Below, one piece after another: positions 48,516 to 58,989 of a stretch of DNA of 64,000 bases; the stretch's first letter is position 1, and every line of letters starts with the position of its first letter. Origin of the DNA: Methanomassiliicoccales archaeon (GTDB lineage Archaea > Thermoplasmatota > Thermoplasmata > Methanomassiliicoccales > JAAEEP01). Location of the stretch: positions 10,882 through 74,881 of the forward strand of contig JAAEEP010000003.1 in NCBI GenBank assembly GCA_013415695.1, in the 5' to 3' direction. The notes under the pieces are model-generated. The model was given only the letters and a program-made list of their open reading frames with translations, ran no database searches and was not told the DNA's origin. Position numbers and translations under genes: made by a program.

Positions 48516-49136
48516 TTGAGAATATGTAAAGAATCAAAAGAACGCCGCTTGCAGATAATGGAAGTAGCGGAAGAACTGTTCTTCATCGAGAAGGACTATG
48601 AATCCACCTCAATTAATGAGATTATCGGCAGAGTGGGGCTGGCTAAAGGTACATTTTACCACTACTTCAGATCTAAGAGGGACCTTTTAAACGCCATTTT
48701 GGAAAGGCAATTGAATGAATTTGAGGAACGAGTTGACCGACTTGCAGCTGATTCCAATATGGGAACCATTGAAAAGCTGGATGCCCTGATCGGTTTGATT
48801 TTCGACCTCAGGAGCGGCAATATTCCCGAGTTGGATCGCATGGTTGCTTACAAGAACCAAGTCGTTCAAGAGAATTTCATAATGGTGGGGGTGAAGAGGG
48901 CGAGACCTCTTCTCTCGAGAATAATCCGAGAAGGTATTGAAGAAGGCCTCTTCGATACCAATCATCCAGAAGAAGCACTTAGCTTCATTATCTCTGGAAG
49001 CAGGATTATTACTGAATCTGAGCAAGACTGCACCGCCCCACAGAAGAAGCTTGAAGCCGTCGCGGATTTTGCCGAACGCATTCTTGGTATTGAACCAGGC
49101 ATCTTCAAAGAAATCCTCTTCAAGAGGATGAAGTGA
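48516..49136 (+). CDS. TetR/AcrR family regulator
   Basis: TSINEIIGRVGLAKGTFYHYFRSK. Confidence 0.93.
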   Translation: MRICKESKERRLQIMEVAEELFFIEKDYESTSINEIIGRVGLAKGTFYHYFRSKRDLLNAILERQLNEFEERVDRLAADSNMGTIEKLDALIGLIFDLRSGNIPELDRMVAYKNQVVQENFIMVGVKRARPLLSRIIREGIEEGLFDTNHPEEALSFIISGSRIITESEQDCTAPQKKLEAVADFAERILGIEPGIFKEILFKRMK

Positions 49137-49194
49137 TTAAACGATAGTTACATCTTGAAAGGAGAGTGATTCGATAGGCAGCATATTAGGAGAA

Positions 49195-51735
49195 TTGGGC
49201 GATAGAATATCCAAACGACCGAGAACGGCCATTTTAATAGTGGTGTTCATCACCCTCCTCTCGATTTTTTCAGTAGCCTACAATGGCCTCAATACTGATT
49301 TTGATTTCGAGAATTTCATGCCGGAGAACGAGGTATCAGATGCTACTACGGAGATCCAGCAGACCTTTGCCTCTGCATATAGTGTCGTCCTTCTGGTCAA
49401 GGACGACGGAGGAGACGTCATCACCCAGGATAACTTCATAAATATTCTGGAAACTGAAAAAGCCATCTATGAGGATCAGAACATATCCCAGCACTTGGTG
49501 GATCCAACCAATCCCGCAAACTCGGTGATCAGCCCTGTGGACATAATTGCCACCAGCATTCTGTACTCGATGGATCCAACAACGATGTCAATGCTGAATA
49601 TCACACCGATTCCCACATATGACAACCTGATCAAGGTTATGCAGGTCACATCCACAGAAAATCTCAAGATCGCAGTCTACGGGATACTCAACAATCCCTT
49701 GACCCCTGATCAGTTGAAGGCCGCTATCGAGAGATTCATGACCAGCGATTTCAACTCGACCAGCATGTCTCCATCGGCACAGGGCATGATGATCCTTTAC
49801 AACTTCAACAAGGAGGATATTGGAAAGGACAAGAACACCACTGCTCTACAACTCGAACTGGATATGCAGACGAAGATTGATAACACGGGTGAATTGGCGG
49901 GAATATTCGTCATCGGTACCGCTCTTATCAGTAACGATATCAATGACGCGGCCAACGAATCCATAATGATACTGTTTCCAATAGCCCTGGCAGCGATCGT
50001 GATCATCCTGATCCTTATCTACAGGGATATTGGTGACACGCTGGTCGGCCTTCTTGGATTGGTTATCGCAATAGTCTGGATGTACGGATTCGGAGCTCTT
50101 TTGGGTTATTCATTCAACCCCATGACTATGATCGTCCCCATTCTCATCTTGGGTCTTGGAATCGATTACAGCATTCATCTGATAATGCGATACCGTGAAG
50201 AGAGAATGGGAGGTAAAGGAATAGAGAAGGGGGTGAGCAATACCATCATCTTCGTAGGTGAGGCACTTCTTCTCGCCACGATCACTACCATGATAGCCTT
50301 CCTATCCAACCTCACTTCTCCCTTGCAGCCAATATCGGAATTCGGCGTGCTGGCAGCTGTCGGGATATTCAGCTCGTTCGTGGCAATGATTCTTCTTATC
50401 CCTGGCGTCAAAATATTGAGGGATCGTAGGAAAGAGGCCAAGGGCAAGATATCCGAACGATACATCAAGAAGAAGATGAACGGATACTCCATGGAGGGTA
50501 TCAACAGCCTTTCGGGCCAGGCGGCCAAGAGGCATCCGTGGGGCGTTGTCGCAGTTGCCCTAATCATCACAATAGGTCTTGGGATCGGAGCAACTCAAGT
50601 TGAGACGACCTTTGATATGAACGATTTTCTACCAGAGAACATGGAAACTTCGCAGAACATCAGGTTCTTTACCAACGAATTCAACAACACAGGCGAGGCG
50701 ACCGCAAATGTCCTGATCAAGGGAGGGGTAACTGACCCCGAAGCCGTCCGGAGCATGGAGATCGCGATCGAGAATATGGCTGATGACGAGAATGTGCTCA
50801 AGACTGGTGGTCAACCAGATGTCAATTCGTTCTTATCAGTGATGTACGACTGGGCGACCAATTCCTCTGGCGAAGGCTTCATTGATCAAAGGTACAACGA
50901 AACCTTCTCTCTGGTGTATCACCAGTACTTCACGGTAAGCAACAACACCGGTTTCATCAAGAACGATACCACGCAGGACGACGTTGAAATGTTGGTGGGA
51001 TGGCTGTTCTTCAACGCTCCCATGGACATGGTCCAGGTATTGATGCCCAATGATGATGGTTACTCTGCCCTGATGGACATCAGCATCACAAGCCAGATGT
51101 CTTCAGATGATACGATGGCTCTTTACAATAACCTCATGGATGACACCCAATCGATCAGGGACATGGGACTCTACGCCCAGGTCACAGGAGAGACCATCAT
51201 GACGGAGCTGATAATATCCGATATGGATAAGAGTCAGATGACCTCACTCATCACCACGCTGATCGCGTCTTTGATCATACTGACAATCGTGATGTACGCG
51301 TTCAGCAGGTCCTTCGTCCTGGGAGCGGTGTCCATCCTACCCGTTGTGTTATGCGTTGTCTGGATGTGGGGGATCATGTTCATCTTCGGCATTCCCCTGA
51401 ACGTCATGACGCTCACTATTGCGTCTCTCACGGTGGGAATGGGTGTGACATACGGCATACACATAACCCATAGATTCGTGGAGGAATTCAAGCGCAATGG
51501 AGATATCGATAATGCAGTGAACAAGGCGGTAGGAAAGACTGGCGTATCGCTTCTTGGAGCCGCCCTCACCACCATAGTAGGGTTCGGTATCATCGGTTTC
51601 TCCATCCTGCCTCCTCTGCAGCAATTCGGCGTGATCACCGCTTTGGCCATTGGTCTCAGCTTCATAGGAGCGGTGTTCGTGCTACCGGCGATACTGGTCA
51701 TTTGGGCAAGAACCAAGCAGAAGAACAGGGCTTAA
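49195..51735 (+). CDS. RND/MMPL family transporter
   Basis: Two repeats with LGLGIDYSIH and GMGVTYGIH. Confidence 0.93.
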   Translation: MGDRISKRPRTAILIVVFITLLSIFSVAYNGLNTDFDFENFMPENEVSDATTEIQQTFASAYSVVLLVKDDGGDVITQDNFINILETEKAIYEDQNISQHLVDPTNPANSVISPVDIIATSILYSMDPTTMSMLNITPIPTYDNLIKVMQVTSTENLKIAVYGILNNPLTPDQLKAAIERFMTSDFNSTSMSPSAQGMMILYNFNKEDIGKDKNTTALQLELDMQTKIDNTGELAGIFVIGTALISNDINDAANESIMILFPIALAAIVIILILIYRDIGDTLVGLLGLVIAIVWMYGFGALLGYSFNPMTMIVPILILGLGIDYSIHLIMRYREERMGGKGIEKGVSNTIIFVGEALLLATITTMIAFLSNLTSPLQPISEFGVLAAVGIFSSFVAMILLIPGVKILRDRRKEAKGKISERYIKKKMNGYSMEGINSLSGQAAKRHPWGVVAVALIITIGLGIGATQVETTFDMNDFLPENMETSQNIRFFTNEFNNTGEATANVLIKGGVTDPEAVRSMEIAIENMADDENVLKTGGQPDVNSFLSVMYDWATNSSGEGFIDQRYNETFSLVYHQYFTVSNNTGFIKNDTTQDDVEMLVGWLFFNAPMDMVQVLMPNDDGYSALMDISITSQMSSDDTMALYNNLMDDTQSIRDMGLYAQVTGETIMTELIISDMDKSQMTSLITTLIASLIILTIVMYAFSRSFVLGAVSILPVVLCVVWMWGIMFIFGIPLNVMTLTIASLTVGMGVTYGIHITHRFVEEFKRNGDIDNAVNKAVGKTGVSLLGAALTTIVGFGIIGFSILPPLQQFGVITALAIGLSFIGAVFVLPAILVIWARTKQKNRA

Positions 51736-51841
51736 AAAACCCTACTTTCCAATATTTTTCATTTTTCTTTGATTTACGAGCACGATCGATATTCAATCGA
51801 CAATTTCTCGCACTCAGATGAGATGATTGGATGAAGGGCGA

Positions 51842-51911
51842 CCCAATCTGCACTCATAGGGCTCATCACTTCCTTAGGGATCAGCTGACCCTCTTCTCTT
51901 CATCCTGATTG
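51842..51911 (-). ncRNA. Box C/D guide sRNA
   Basis: C AGGATGA, guide, D' CTGA, C' GTGATGA, 12-nt guide, D CAGA; D' guide complementary to TGACCCTCTT of 23S rRNA helix 69. Confidence 0.7.
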
Positions 51912-52018
51912 TTGAAAAGGAAGGGCCGCCCTCCTCTTATTGGAATTCTCACGGGATTATTTCATTGTGTCGATGGGTAAAATTGAAGTTACCTGGCAAC
52001 AATTGTATTCCGATTAGA

Positions 52019-52258
52019 ATGCCCAGTGCGGTTATCCTGCTGAACTCTGAGATCGGAAAAGAGGCTGAGATCCTGGAGGAGATGTGTACCTTCGATGAGG
52101 TGGAGAGGGGCTATCTGATATACGGCGTGTATGATATCTTGGCTGAAGTGAGCACTAATACGATGGATGAACTCGAGGAGATCATCCGAAGAAAGATAAG
52201 GCTGATTCCCGGTGTACGGTCGACACTCACCCTTATCGTAAGCAAGCGCTGCAAGTGA
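52019..52258 (+). CDS. Lrp/AsnC ligand-binding-domain-only protein
   Basis: YGVYDI...IRLIPGVRSTLTLI. Confidence 0.88.
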   Translation: MPSAVILLNSEIGKEAEILEEMCTFDEVERGYLIYGVYDILAEVSTNTMDELEEIIRRKIRLIPGVRSTLTLIVSKRCK

Positions 52259-52309
52259 GATTCAAACTTCGAGATGTTGTATTAACGGCCGCATCTTACA
52301 GGTGGTTCC

Positions 52310-52945
52310 GTGGACTACTTCAGGAGAGACCTTAGAACCCTGATGGATAAACTCCAGAAAGGGGCTAGCCCTCTGACAAAAGAGAAGCTGCTGGGTCTGA
52401 CCGATAGGCTTTTCGAGCTTCGCCAGAAGAACCTCTTGAAGATAAATCATTCAGTCCTTGAAATGATCGTGGCAAAACACCTGATGGAAGAGGGTTACGA
52501 TGTCGACCTGGAGTACAGGGTAGACGGGGAGCTTACCTGCGATGTCTTTGCCAGGAAGGGCATGGGAGTAATGATTGTTGAAGTGGAGACAGGTTACGTT
52601 CCTCCGGCCCACGCTCTTGACCCTGTCAGCTATATACGCGCCCGAATTTCAAGCAAGATATCCAGATATAGCAAGTTCTGTCATAAGTTTGCACTCGGAG
52701 CACCACCACACTACATAATGCCAATACCTGAGGTGCTCACACTCCCTCCAAGGTACAGGAAGAAGGATGATCTCGAGGTCATAAAGGGCTACTGTGACAT
52801 GTACTACTCTAAACCACCTGTCACTAGGGAGGAGATAGTGAATTCACATATACACAGCGTGTTCGTGATCGATGTTGAAAATGCCTGCATAAAAGAGAAC
52901 GATCCTGGAGGCTACTATGACAGATCCCAAGAATGGTACATCTAG
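52310..52945 (+). CDS. Conserved archaeal hypothetical protein (PD-(D/E)xK-like)
   Basis: GYDVDLE...CDVFA...IVEVETG. Confidence 0.7.
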   Translation: MDYFRRDLRTLMDKLQKGASPLTKEKLLGLTDRLFELRQKNLLKINHSVLEMIVAKHLMEEGYDVDLEYRVDGELTCDVFARKGMGVMIVEVETGYVPPAHALDPVSYIRARISSKISRYSKFCHKFALGAPPHYIMPIPEVLTLPPRYRKKDDLEVIKGYCDMYYSKPPVTREEIVNSHIHSVFVIDVENACIKENDPGGYYDRSQEWYI

Positions 52946-53008
52946 CACGATACTCTGCAAGACAGCTTCCATCAAAGTCTATATATATCATCGGTAATCC
53001 CTGAAACT

Positions 53009-53638
53009 ATGGCGGGACCAGAATCACCACTGGTATTCCTTGCGATGGTGGGCTTCATCTCCATCTCAGGAGTGGTGATGCCAGGTCCAGTATTCGCGGC
53101 TACTGTGGCAAAGGGATACAACGATGTTAAGGCCGGCCTGAAGATCGCGCTTGGTCACGCTGTTGTGGAGATACCACTGATTCTTGCCATATTCTTTGGA
53201 TTGGATTATCTCTTCCAGGACCAGGCGGTCTTTGCTGCTATCGGGATCATGGGTGGGTCCCTCCTTGTCTACATGGGATATTCAATGATCAAGTCTAGGA
53301 AGGAGATATTGATCGAGAAAGAGGATACTAGGTATGGAGCATTCACCGCAGGCGTACTTACCACGGCCAGCAATCCCTATTTCTTCCTTTGGTGGGCGAC
53401 GGTTGGCGCGGCACTTATAGCAGGTGCGGTCGAATTCGGCCTAATAATTCTTCCATTCTTCATTCTCGTCCATACCGCATGCGACTTCATCTGGGAACAT
53501 TTCATATCGTTCTCCATCTTCCGGACAAAGGGCATGTGGAGCAGCGAGAGACATCATTTTCTCTTCCTGGCCTCAGGAATCATCATGTTGATTTTCGGGA
53601 TCTATTTCCTTTCGAGCTCGGTTATCAACCTCGCTTGA
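53009..53638 (+). CDS. LysE family translocator
   Basis: PGP, GH, NPYFFLWW. Confidence 0.9.
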   Translation: MAGPESPLVFLAMVGFISISGVVMPGPVFAATVAKGYNDVKAGLKIALGHAVVEIPLILAIFFGLDYLFQDQAVFAAIGIMGGSLLVYMGYSMIKSRKEILIEKEDTRYGAFTAGVLTTASNPYFFLWWATVGAALIAGAVEFGLIILPFFILVHTACDFIWEHFISFSIFRTKGMWSSERHHFLFLASGIIMLIFGIYFLSSSVINLA

Positions 53639-53677
53639 CCTTTAAATAGGCAGGGTGATATATATCTCTGGACACCC

Positions 53678-54067
53678 ATGGCCAGGGTCTACAAGGATTA
53701 CAAGGTGTACTGCTGCTTCACCCTCAATCGCCTTGTATCAGAGCTGGGCATCGATCTCTATCAGCCTGGTCTTGAGGATAAGCTAGATGAGATTCTCAAG
53801 GGCCAACCAAGCATCTCCAAGGAGGAGATCAAGCATGAGATCCGCTCCAACCACTTCATGACCAGCAAGGTAATCGAGAAACTGGAAGAGGACGGACTGG
53901 TTAAGGTGGAGAAGGTTGAGGGGAAATACGGGATTAAGATCACCAAGGAGGGGGTGCTCTATGTCCGTAAATACAACCAATTCTTCATGAGTATATACAG
54001 GGAACAGATCAGGGATCACTACCGCTTTGGAGGTATGCCTCACTGGGCCCGAGAAGTTGAGAAGTAA
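53678..54067 (+). CDS. Winged-helix domain protein
   Basis: LEEDGLV...ITKEG. Confidence 0.7.
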   Translation: MARVYKDYKVYCCFTLNRLVSELGIDLYQPGLEDKLDEILKGQPSISKEEIKHEIRSNHFMTSKVIEKLEEDGLVKVEKVEGKYGIKITKEGVLYVRKYNQFFMSIYREQIRDHYRFGGMPHWAREVEK

Positions 54068-54930
54068 GAGTGATCCACTACATATGGAACGAATTCATAG
54101 GTCCCATCTTCATTCTCAACTATCAGCTCCAGGGAGCAGGCGTATGTTCTGGAGCCCCGCTGCAGAACTGCCACCTGTGTTATTAGGATCTCGTACACAT
54201 CCTCAGTTATCTCTTCATCGGGTTTTCTCTGCCAAAGAGCGATTACCCTTGAGGGAGGGACCAGATTTGCCAGGGAGATGTCCTCTACAGCTCGCTTGAG
54301 GGCCAGTAGATCCTCTGAGCTGGGCGGATGATCGAAATTCTTGATGAACATCTGGTATCCTGGGTAACCGATCCTCAGCATCCTCCATAGTGGACCCGGG
54401 CTCTTCGAGATCAAGCCGTCGAATTGATAGAATGTCCCAGACCTGCCCCTTTGAATCTGAGGGGTCGATGCGCTGCCTAGCATGTAGCTCTCCCGTAGCC
54501 CGGGATTCCTGGAGATAAGCAGATTGACCAAGCGATCTACTGAGTCCCTGCCTTCAGGTACAAGAACGACGGGATCGTCATCCCTGACACTCAAAATCAC
54601 TTTGTGCCTTTGGGCATAGTACCTGAAGAAATCATTGAACCTTCGAAGAAGTGAAAGGGTAAACAGACCCAATATGAACAAGATGATGAGAAACAGGCTT
54701 ATGAAAAGGTTGGTGACCAGGAATGCCAGTATCAATATGAAATCCACGATCAGCCAGAAGACTATGAAGACGGTGGCGTAAGTTACCAGTTTCCTGATCT
54801 TAGGTGCTTCTTTAGTGACATCATCGGCCAAATCGAATATGGCGGAGATTGGGTTCTCCACCGCCCTGACATCAGCTCGGCTCACCGTTGGATGACCGTG
54901 TATTATATTATTTAAATCCCTCAGAAACAA
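54040..54930 (-). CDS. Hypothetical membrane protein (2 TM + soluble domain)
   Basis: Hydrophobic hairpin at about residues 50-95. Confidence 0.7.
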   Translation of the reverse strand: MFLRDLNNIIHGHPTVSRADVRAVENPISAIFDLADDVTKEAPKIRKLVTYATVFIVFWLIVDFILILAFLVTNLFISLFLIILFILGLFTLSLLRRFNDFFRYYAQRHKVILSVRDDDPVVLVPEGRDSVDRLVNLLISRNPGLRESYMLGSASTPQIQRGRSGTFYQFDGLISKSPGPLWRMLRIGYPGYQMFIKNFDHPPSSEDLLALKRAVEDISLANLVPPSRVIALWQRKPDEEITEDVYEILITQVAVLQRGSRTYACSLELIVENEDGTYEFVPYVVDHSYFSTSRAQ

Positions 54931-54999
54931 TCTTACGGAAAACTCCTGCTGGCCTTTATAATGACACCTTCGTTGATTGAGTTGACGGAGGTATTCAAG

Positions 55000-56487
55000 A
55001 TGAAACCCCTAAGTGCAGCAATTCCCGCGGCCTTTGTAGCCGGCCTCCTCATGATCACTTGCATGGCTGGCATGGTCTCCGCGGACCCCGGAACGGATGC
55101 CTTGGAGGGCATCACCCTCGAACAAGGGGAAGCTGACGACTTTGATGGAGGCAACTTCGTCGCCATCAACCTCGGTGATGGGACAACACCGGCATGGTTT
55201 GGTGTCGTTTACGGGACAGAGGATTCGCCAGCACCCATAACCCTGGTTGGCATCTATGTCAGATATCTTGGCGGTGCGGAGATCAGGGATGAGAGCGGTG
55301 GAATGATGGTCCCCGCCGTTCCCATACCAGTAGTGACCGTTTTCGCGCAGAGCCTTTTCGCTCTGGTTGAGTTCAATGACACTGGTTACCCATTCCTTGG
55401 CGAGCGTGTTGGAGCTGATAACGGTGTGTTTGATTTCCTTGGACGTAGGAGCATCGGCAGTTTCAACCCTGTGAGTTTCGAACCCATCTATAAGATGGTT
55501 GACCTGCGAACAGCATGGAATCTCTCCGAGATCGAGGAGATTACCGACGAGGCGAACAACAGCAAGCGGTTCGATTTCTCACTCAGCGCCCAGAACCTGA
55601 CATACGACAAAATATGGGATGATCGGCCTGCGGAGAATCTGGATGGCAGTAGGACTGGCACCGTAGAGGACGGAGTTGTGGAAAACGTGGAATTCCGGTT
55701 CCATGTTGAAGCTCTTTCTGAAGACATAACCACCGATGTGCCCTGGTACAGAGTAACAATGGATGATGGCAACGACATCATCGCCTCTGAAGAAGTGGAG
55801 GCTAAGACATACACCGGTACCCATATCTCCGCATCGTTCAAATACGATCATATAATCGATGGATGGGATTACAACTCGCAATCCGACACCTCGAAACTGA
55901 TGCTCGAGAACTTCCTGTTCTTTGCAACATTCATCCCAGATATTGTCCAGGATTGGATCGATGCCCAATTCATCGATGAGGTCAACGAGGGGAGCGGCGT
56001 CGTCGAGTACGAGACCGAGGATGGGGGGATGTCAGCTGAAACGACTGAAGATCTTCCCGAAAGGTCTACAAGAATCACCGACAACAAGATCGTATTCAGG
56101 GACAACTGGGAGCGGTGCGGTCTTCTCAGTTGGGTCAGCAATGTTACGGTAGATGGTGATGAGAAGGATATGTACTACCAGATTCACGCTGGCTCTGCCG
56201 CTGAAATGCGGGGGGACAACAACGACGGCAATGTCAAGGCTATAGCCATACTGGGAGGTTATATCTATCCCGCTGGAGAGAACATATACCACGATCCAGT
56301 TTTTGAAGCCAACAGCATCATGCTCAATATCGGTTCTGACTTCCAACCCCTAATTCTCCTTCTGGTGATAAGCACAGTGATAGCATGTGTGGTGCCAATC
56401 GGAGCCGTCGTGGTGCTGAGAAGAAAGACAAAGCGAATGGATGAACGTTTTGCCTACCAGCTTCCGCCAGAGTATCGCAGAAGGTAA
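55000..56487 (+). CDS. Acidic cell-surface protein with signal peptide and C-terminal TM
   Basis: GGAGGT SD, signal peptide, YHDP before the TM, basic tail. Confidence 0.8.
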   Translation: MKPLSAAIPAAFVAGLLMITCMAGMVSADPGTDALEGITLEQGEADDFDGGNFVAINLGDGTTPAWFGVVYGTEDSPAPITLVGIYVRYLGGAEIRDESGGMMVPAVPIPVVTVFAQSLFALVEFNDTGYPFLGERVGADNGVFDFLGRRSIGSFNPVSFEPIYKMVDLRTAWNLSEIEEITDEANNSKRFDFSLSAQNLTYDKIWDDRPAENLDGSRTGTVEDGVVENVEFRFHVEALSEDITTDVPWYRVTMDDGNDIIASEEVEAKTYTGTHISASFKYDHIIDGWDYNSQSDTSKLMLENFLFFATFIPDIVQDWIDAQFIDEVNEGSGVVEYETEDGGMSAETTEDLPERSTRITDNKIVFRDNWERCGLLSWVSNVTVDGDEKDMYYQIHAGSAAEMRGDNNDGNVKAIAILGGYIYPAGENIYHDPVFEANSIMLNIGSDFQPLILLLVISTVIACVVPIGAVVVLRRKTKRMDERFAYQLPPEYRRR

Positions 56488-56507
56488 ACCCCTTTCCCCT
56501 TTCTTCT

Positions 56508-57410
56508 TTATCTACCGATCTGGGTCATTCTCTCAAGGGGGAGCTTCGCCCTTTCGATCGTTTCTTTTGGCAGCTCGACCTTGTATTCCATACGCTCAAG
56601 ACTCCTTATTATTGAATCCAGTGTGATCATTTTCATGGTAGGGCAAATAGCATTGGGCAACCAGTAGAACTTCTTGTTTGGAGCTTTCTTGCTGAGTGGA
56701 TACACCATATCGAGTTCAGTGCCGACTATGACCTCATCGGCATCCGTTTCAGACACGAAATTGATCATTCCATTTGTCGAGTCGACAAAATCTGCAATGT
56801 CTATGATCTCGGGTCTGCATTCAGGATGAGCCATGAATATTGCCGAGGGGTGTTCTGCCTTGAGCGATTTAACCTGCTCCGGAGTAATACCTTGATGGGT
56901 AGGGCAGAATCCTGGCCACAGGATTATCTCTTTGTCAGGGACGAACCTTTGGACATAATGACCGAGATTGCAGTCGGGAACGAAGATCACCTTCTCCACT
57001 TCCAGGGATTTGACGACCTTAACCGCATTGGCCGATGTACAGCAAAGGTCCATTTCGGCCTTGCACTCCGCCGAACTGTTCACGTACCCCACCACTTTTG
57101 CCTCTGGATACTTCTTCCTCATATCCAAGAGCGCATCTGGGGTACACATTGCTGCCATTGGACACTTTGCTCCTGATTCCGGATGAATAATCGTTTTATC
57201 TGGACTGAGGATCTTGGCGCTCTCGGCCATGAAGTCCACGCCGCAGAATACGATGACATCTGCGTCCACCTTGGAAGCAGTGATGGATAGTCCAAGTGAA
57301 TCTCCCACATAGTCTGCTGCTTCCTGGACCTCGGCGATCATGTAATTATGGGCAAGGATGACCGCGTTACGTTTGTTCTTGAGCTCATCGATCCTCTTCA
57401 GGATGTCCAT
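56508..57410 (-). CDS. nadA: Quinolinate synthase
   Basis: AHNY, GDSL, CGVDFMAE, CPMA, CPTH, HPEC, CPTM. Confidence 0.97.
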   Translation of the reverse strand: MDILKRIDELKNKRNAVILAHNYMIAEVQEAADYVGDSLGLSITASKVDADVIVFCGVDFMAESAKILSPDKTIIHPESGAKCPMAAMCTPDALLDMRKKYPEAKVVGYVNSSAECKAEMDLCCTSANAVKVVKSLEVEKVIFVPDCNLGHYVQRFVPDKEIILWPGFCPTHQGITPEQVKSLKAEHPSAIFMAHPECRPEIIDIADFVDSTNGMINFVSETDADEVIVGTELDMVYPLSKKAPNKKFYWLPNAICPTMKMITLDSIIRSLERMEYKVELPKETIERAKLPLERMTQIGR

Positions 57411-57591
57411 GTTCCTTAGATTCGGGGGGCCATATATAAATCTTGGGAGGCCCACCAATCCACTCGATTTCGACTCGTACCAAATACGAAGGCTACCGTA
57501 CAAACGCCTAAAACGCTTCAAAGGGCGGTACAATTCGTATCATGGGTATTTCCTAGATACAAAATCATGAAAAGCCCGGAAACTATATTTA

Positions 57592-57873
57592 GTGACATCA
57601 GACCCTATTCGAAAGAAGGATGGGAGAATGCAGATTCGAGTCAACTCAGAATACTGCAAAGGCTGCAACCTGTGCACAATTGTATGCCCAAGAAAGGTCT
57701 TCGAAAAGGGAGAGATGACCTCAGAAAGAGGGTACATACAGCCCACCATAGTCAATCCAGAACGATGCCCTAACTTCAGTCGCAAGAGCAAGGACAAGGC
57801 AGTGTGTGAGATCTGTCTGCTGACCTGCCCCGACCAAGCCATCACTCTGAGCGAAAAGGAGGTTGAAGCTTGA
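57592..57873 (+). CDS. 2-oxoacid:ferredoxin oxidoreductase delta subunit (4Fe-4S dicluster)
   Basis: CKGCNLC...CP; CEIC...CPDQAI. Confidence 0.88.
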   Translation: MTSDPIRKKDGRMQIRVNSEYCKGCNLCTIVCPRKVFEKGEMTSERGYIQPTIVNPERCPNFSRKSKDKAVCEICLLTCPDQAITLSEKEVEA

Positions 57874-58988
57874 AGCTCAAGGAAGGTAACTATTTTATCC
57901 ATGGGAACGAAGCCTGCGTGAGAGGAGCCCTTGCTGCGGGTCTCAAGTTCTTCGCCGGATATCCCATCACCCCATCCACAGAAATAGCTGAAGGTCTGGC
58001 AAAGACTCTGCATCGAAATGGTGGTACCTTCATTCAGATGGAAGACGAACTGGCCTCCATATCTGCCATTATTGGCTCATCATGGACCGGAGCGAAATCG
58101 ATGACTGCCACTTCCGGGCCTGGCTTCTCGTTGATGCAGGAGAACATCGGCTACGCGGCGATGACAGAGACGCCGATAGTGATTGTAAATGTCATGAGGG
58201 GAGGGCCGTCAACCGGATTGCCCACTATGCCCTCCCAGGGAGATGTGATGCAGGCACGTTACGGCTCTCATGGAGACTACCAGATCATAGCCCTTGCACC
58301 GGCCAGCATTCAGGAGATGTTCAATTTGACCGTTGAGGGGTTCAACTTCTCAGAGACATATAGGGTACCCACCATAATCTTGGCAGATGCTGAGGTCGGA
58401 CACATGCGTGGTAAACTCAAGATCCCCGGCAGTATAGATGTTGTGGAACGGAAGATCAGAAAGGATCCGGTGTGGCATGATGGATTCGCCTACGATGAGT
58501 CATTGGTTCCCGAGTTCCCGGTCTTCGGAAAAGGATTCAGAGTACATGTGACCGGATTGTCCCACGACATCTCTGGATACCCCCGTACAGACGTGGATGT
58601 CCATGAGGAGTTGGTCATCAGGTTGAGGGAGAAGATCATCAGGGCCAAGGACAAGATCTGCCTGAGTCGATTATTCAATCCTGACGCTGATAGATTCATT
58701 GTATGCTACGGGTCACCCACATTGGCCGCAAAGGAAGCGGTCAATCATACCAGCTCTATTGGCCTTCTACAGCTCCAGACGATTTGGCCTCTTCCAGAGA
58801 ATGCGATCAGCAAGATCGCCTCGCAGGCCAAGGAGATCGTGGTCCTGGAGATGAACCTTGGTCAGCTCTTCCCAGAGATCCAAAGGATCGCTTGTCAGGC
58901 TGGTTGCGAGAAGGTACGATTGTTTTCCAAGGTTGGCGGTGAGGTTCATAAGCCCCGGGAGATCCGTCACTTTCTAGAGGAGGCCTGA
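57870..58988 (+). CDS. 2-oxoacid:ferredoxin oxidoreductase alpha subunit (KorA-like)
   Basis: YPITP, MEDE, TSGPG, RGGPSTG. Confidence 0.95.
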   Translation: MKLKEGNYFIHGNEACVRGALAAGLKFFAGYPITPSTEIAEGLAKTLHRNGGTFIQMEDELASISAIIGSSWTGAKSMTATSGPGFSLMQENIGYAAMTETPIVIVNVMRGGPSTGLPTMPSQGDVMQARYGSHGDYQIIALAPASIQEMFNLTVEGFNFSETYRVPTIILADAEVGHMRGKLKIPGSIDVVERKIRKDPVWHDGFAYDESLVPEFPVFGKGFRVHVTGLSHDISGYPRTDVDVHEELVIRLREKIIRAKDKICLSRLFNPDADRFIVCYGSPTLAAKEAVNHTSSIGLLQLQTIWPLPENAISKIASQAKEIVVLEMNLGQLFPEIQRIACQAGCEKVRLFSKVGGEVHKPREIRHFLEEA

Positions 58989-58989
58989 T

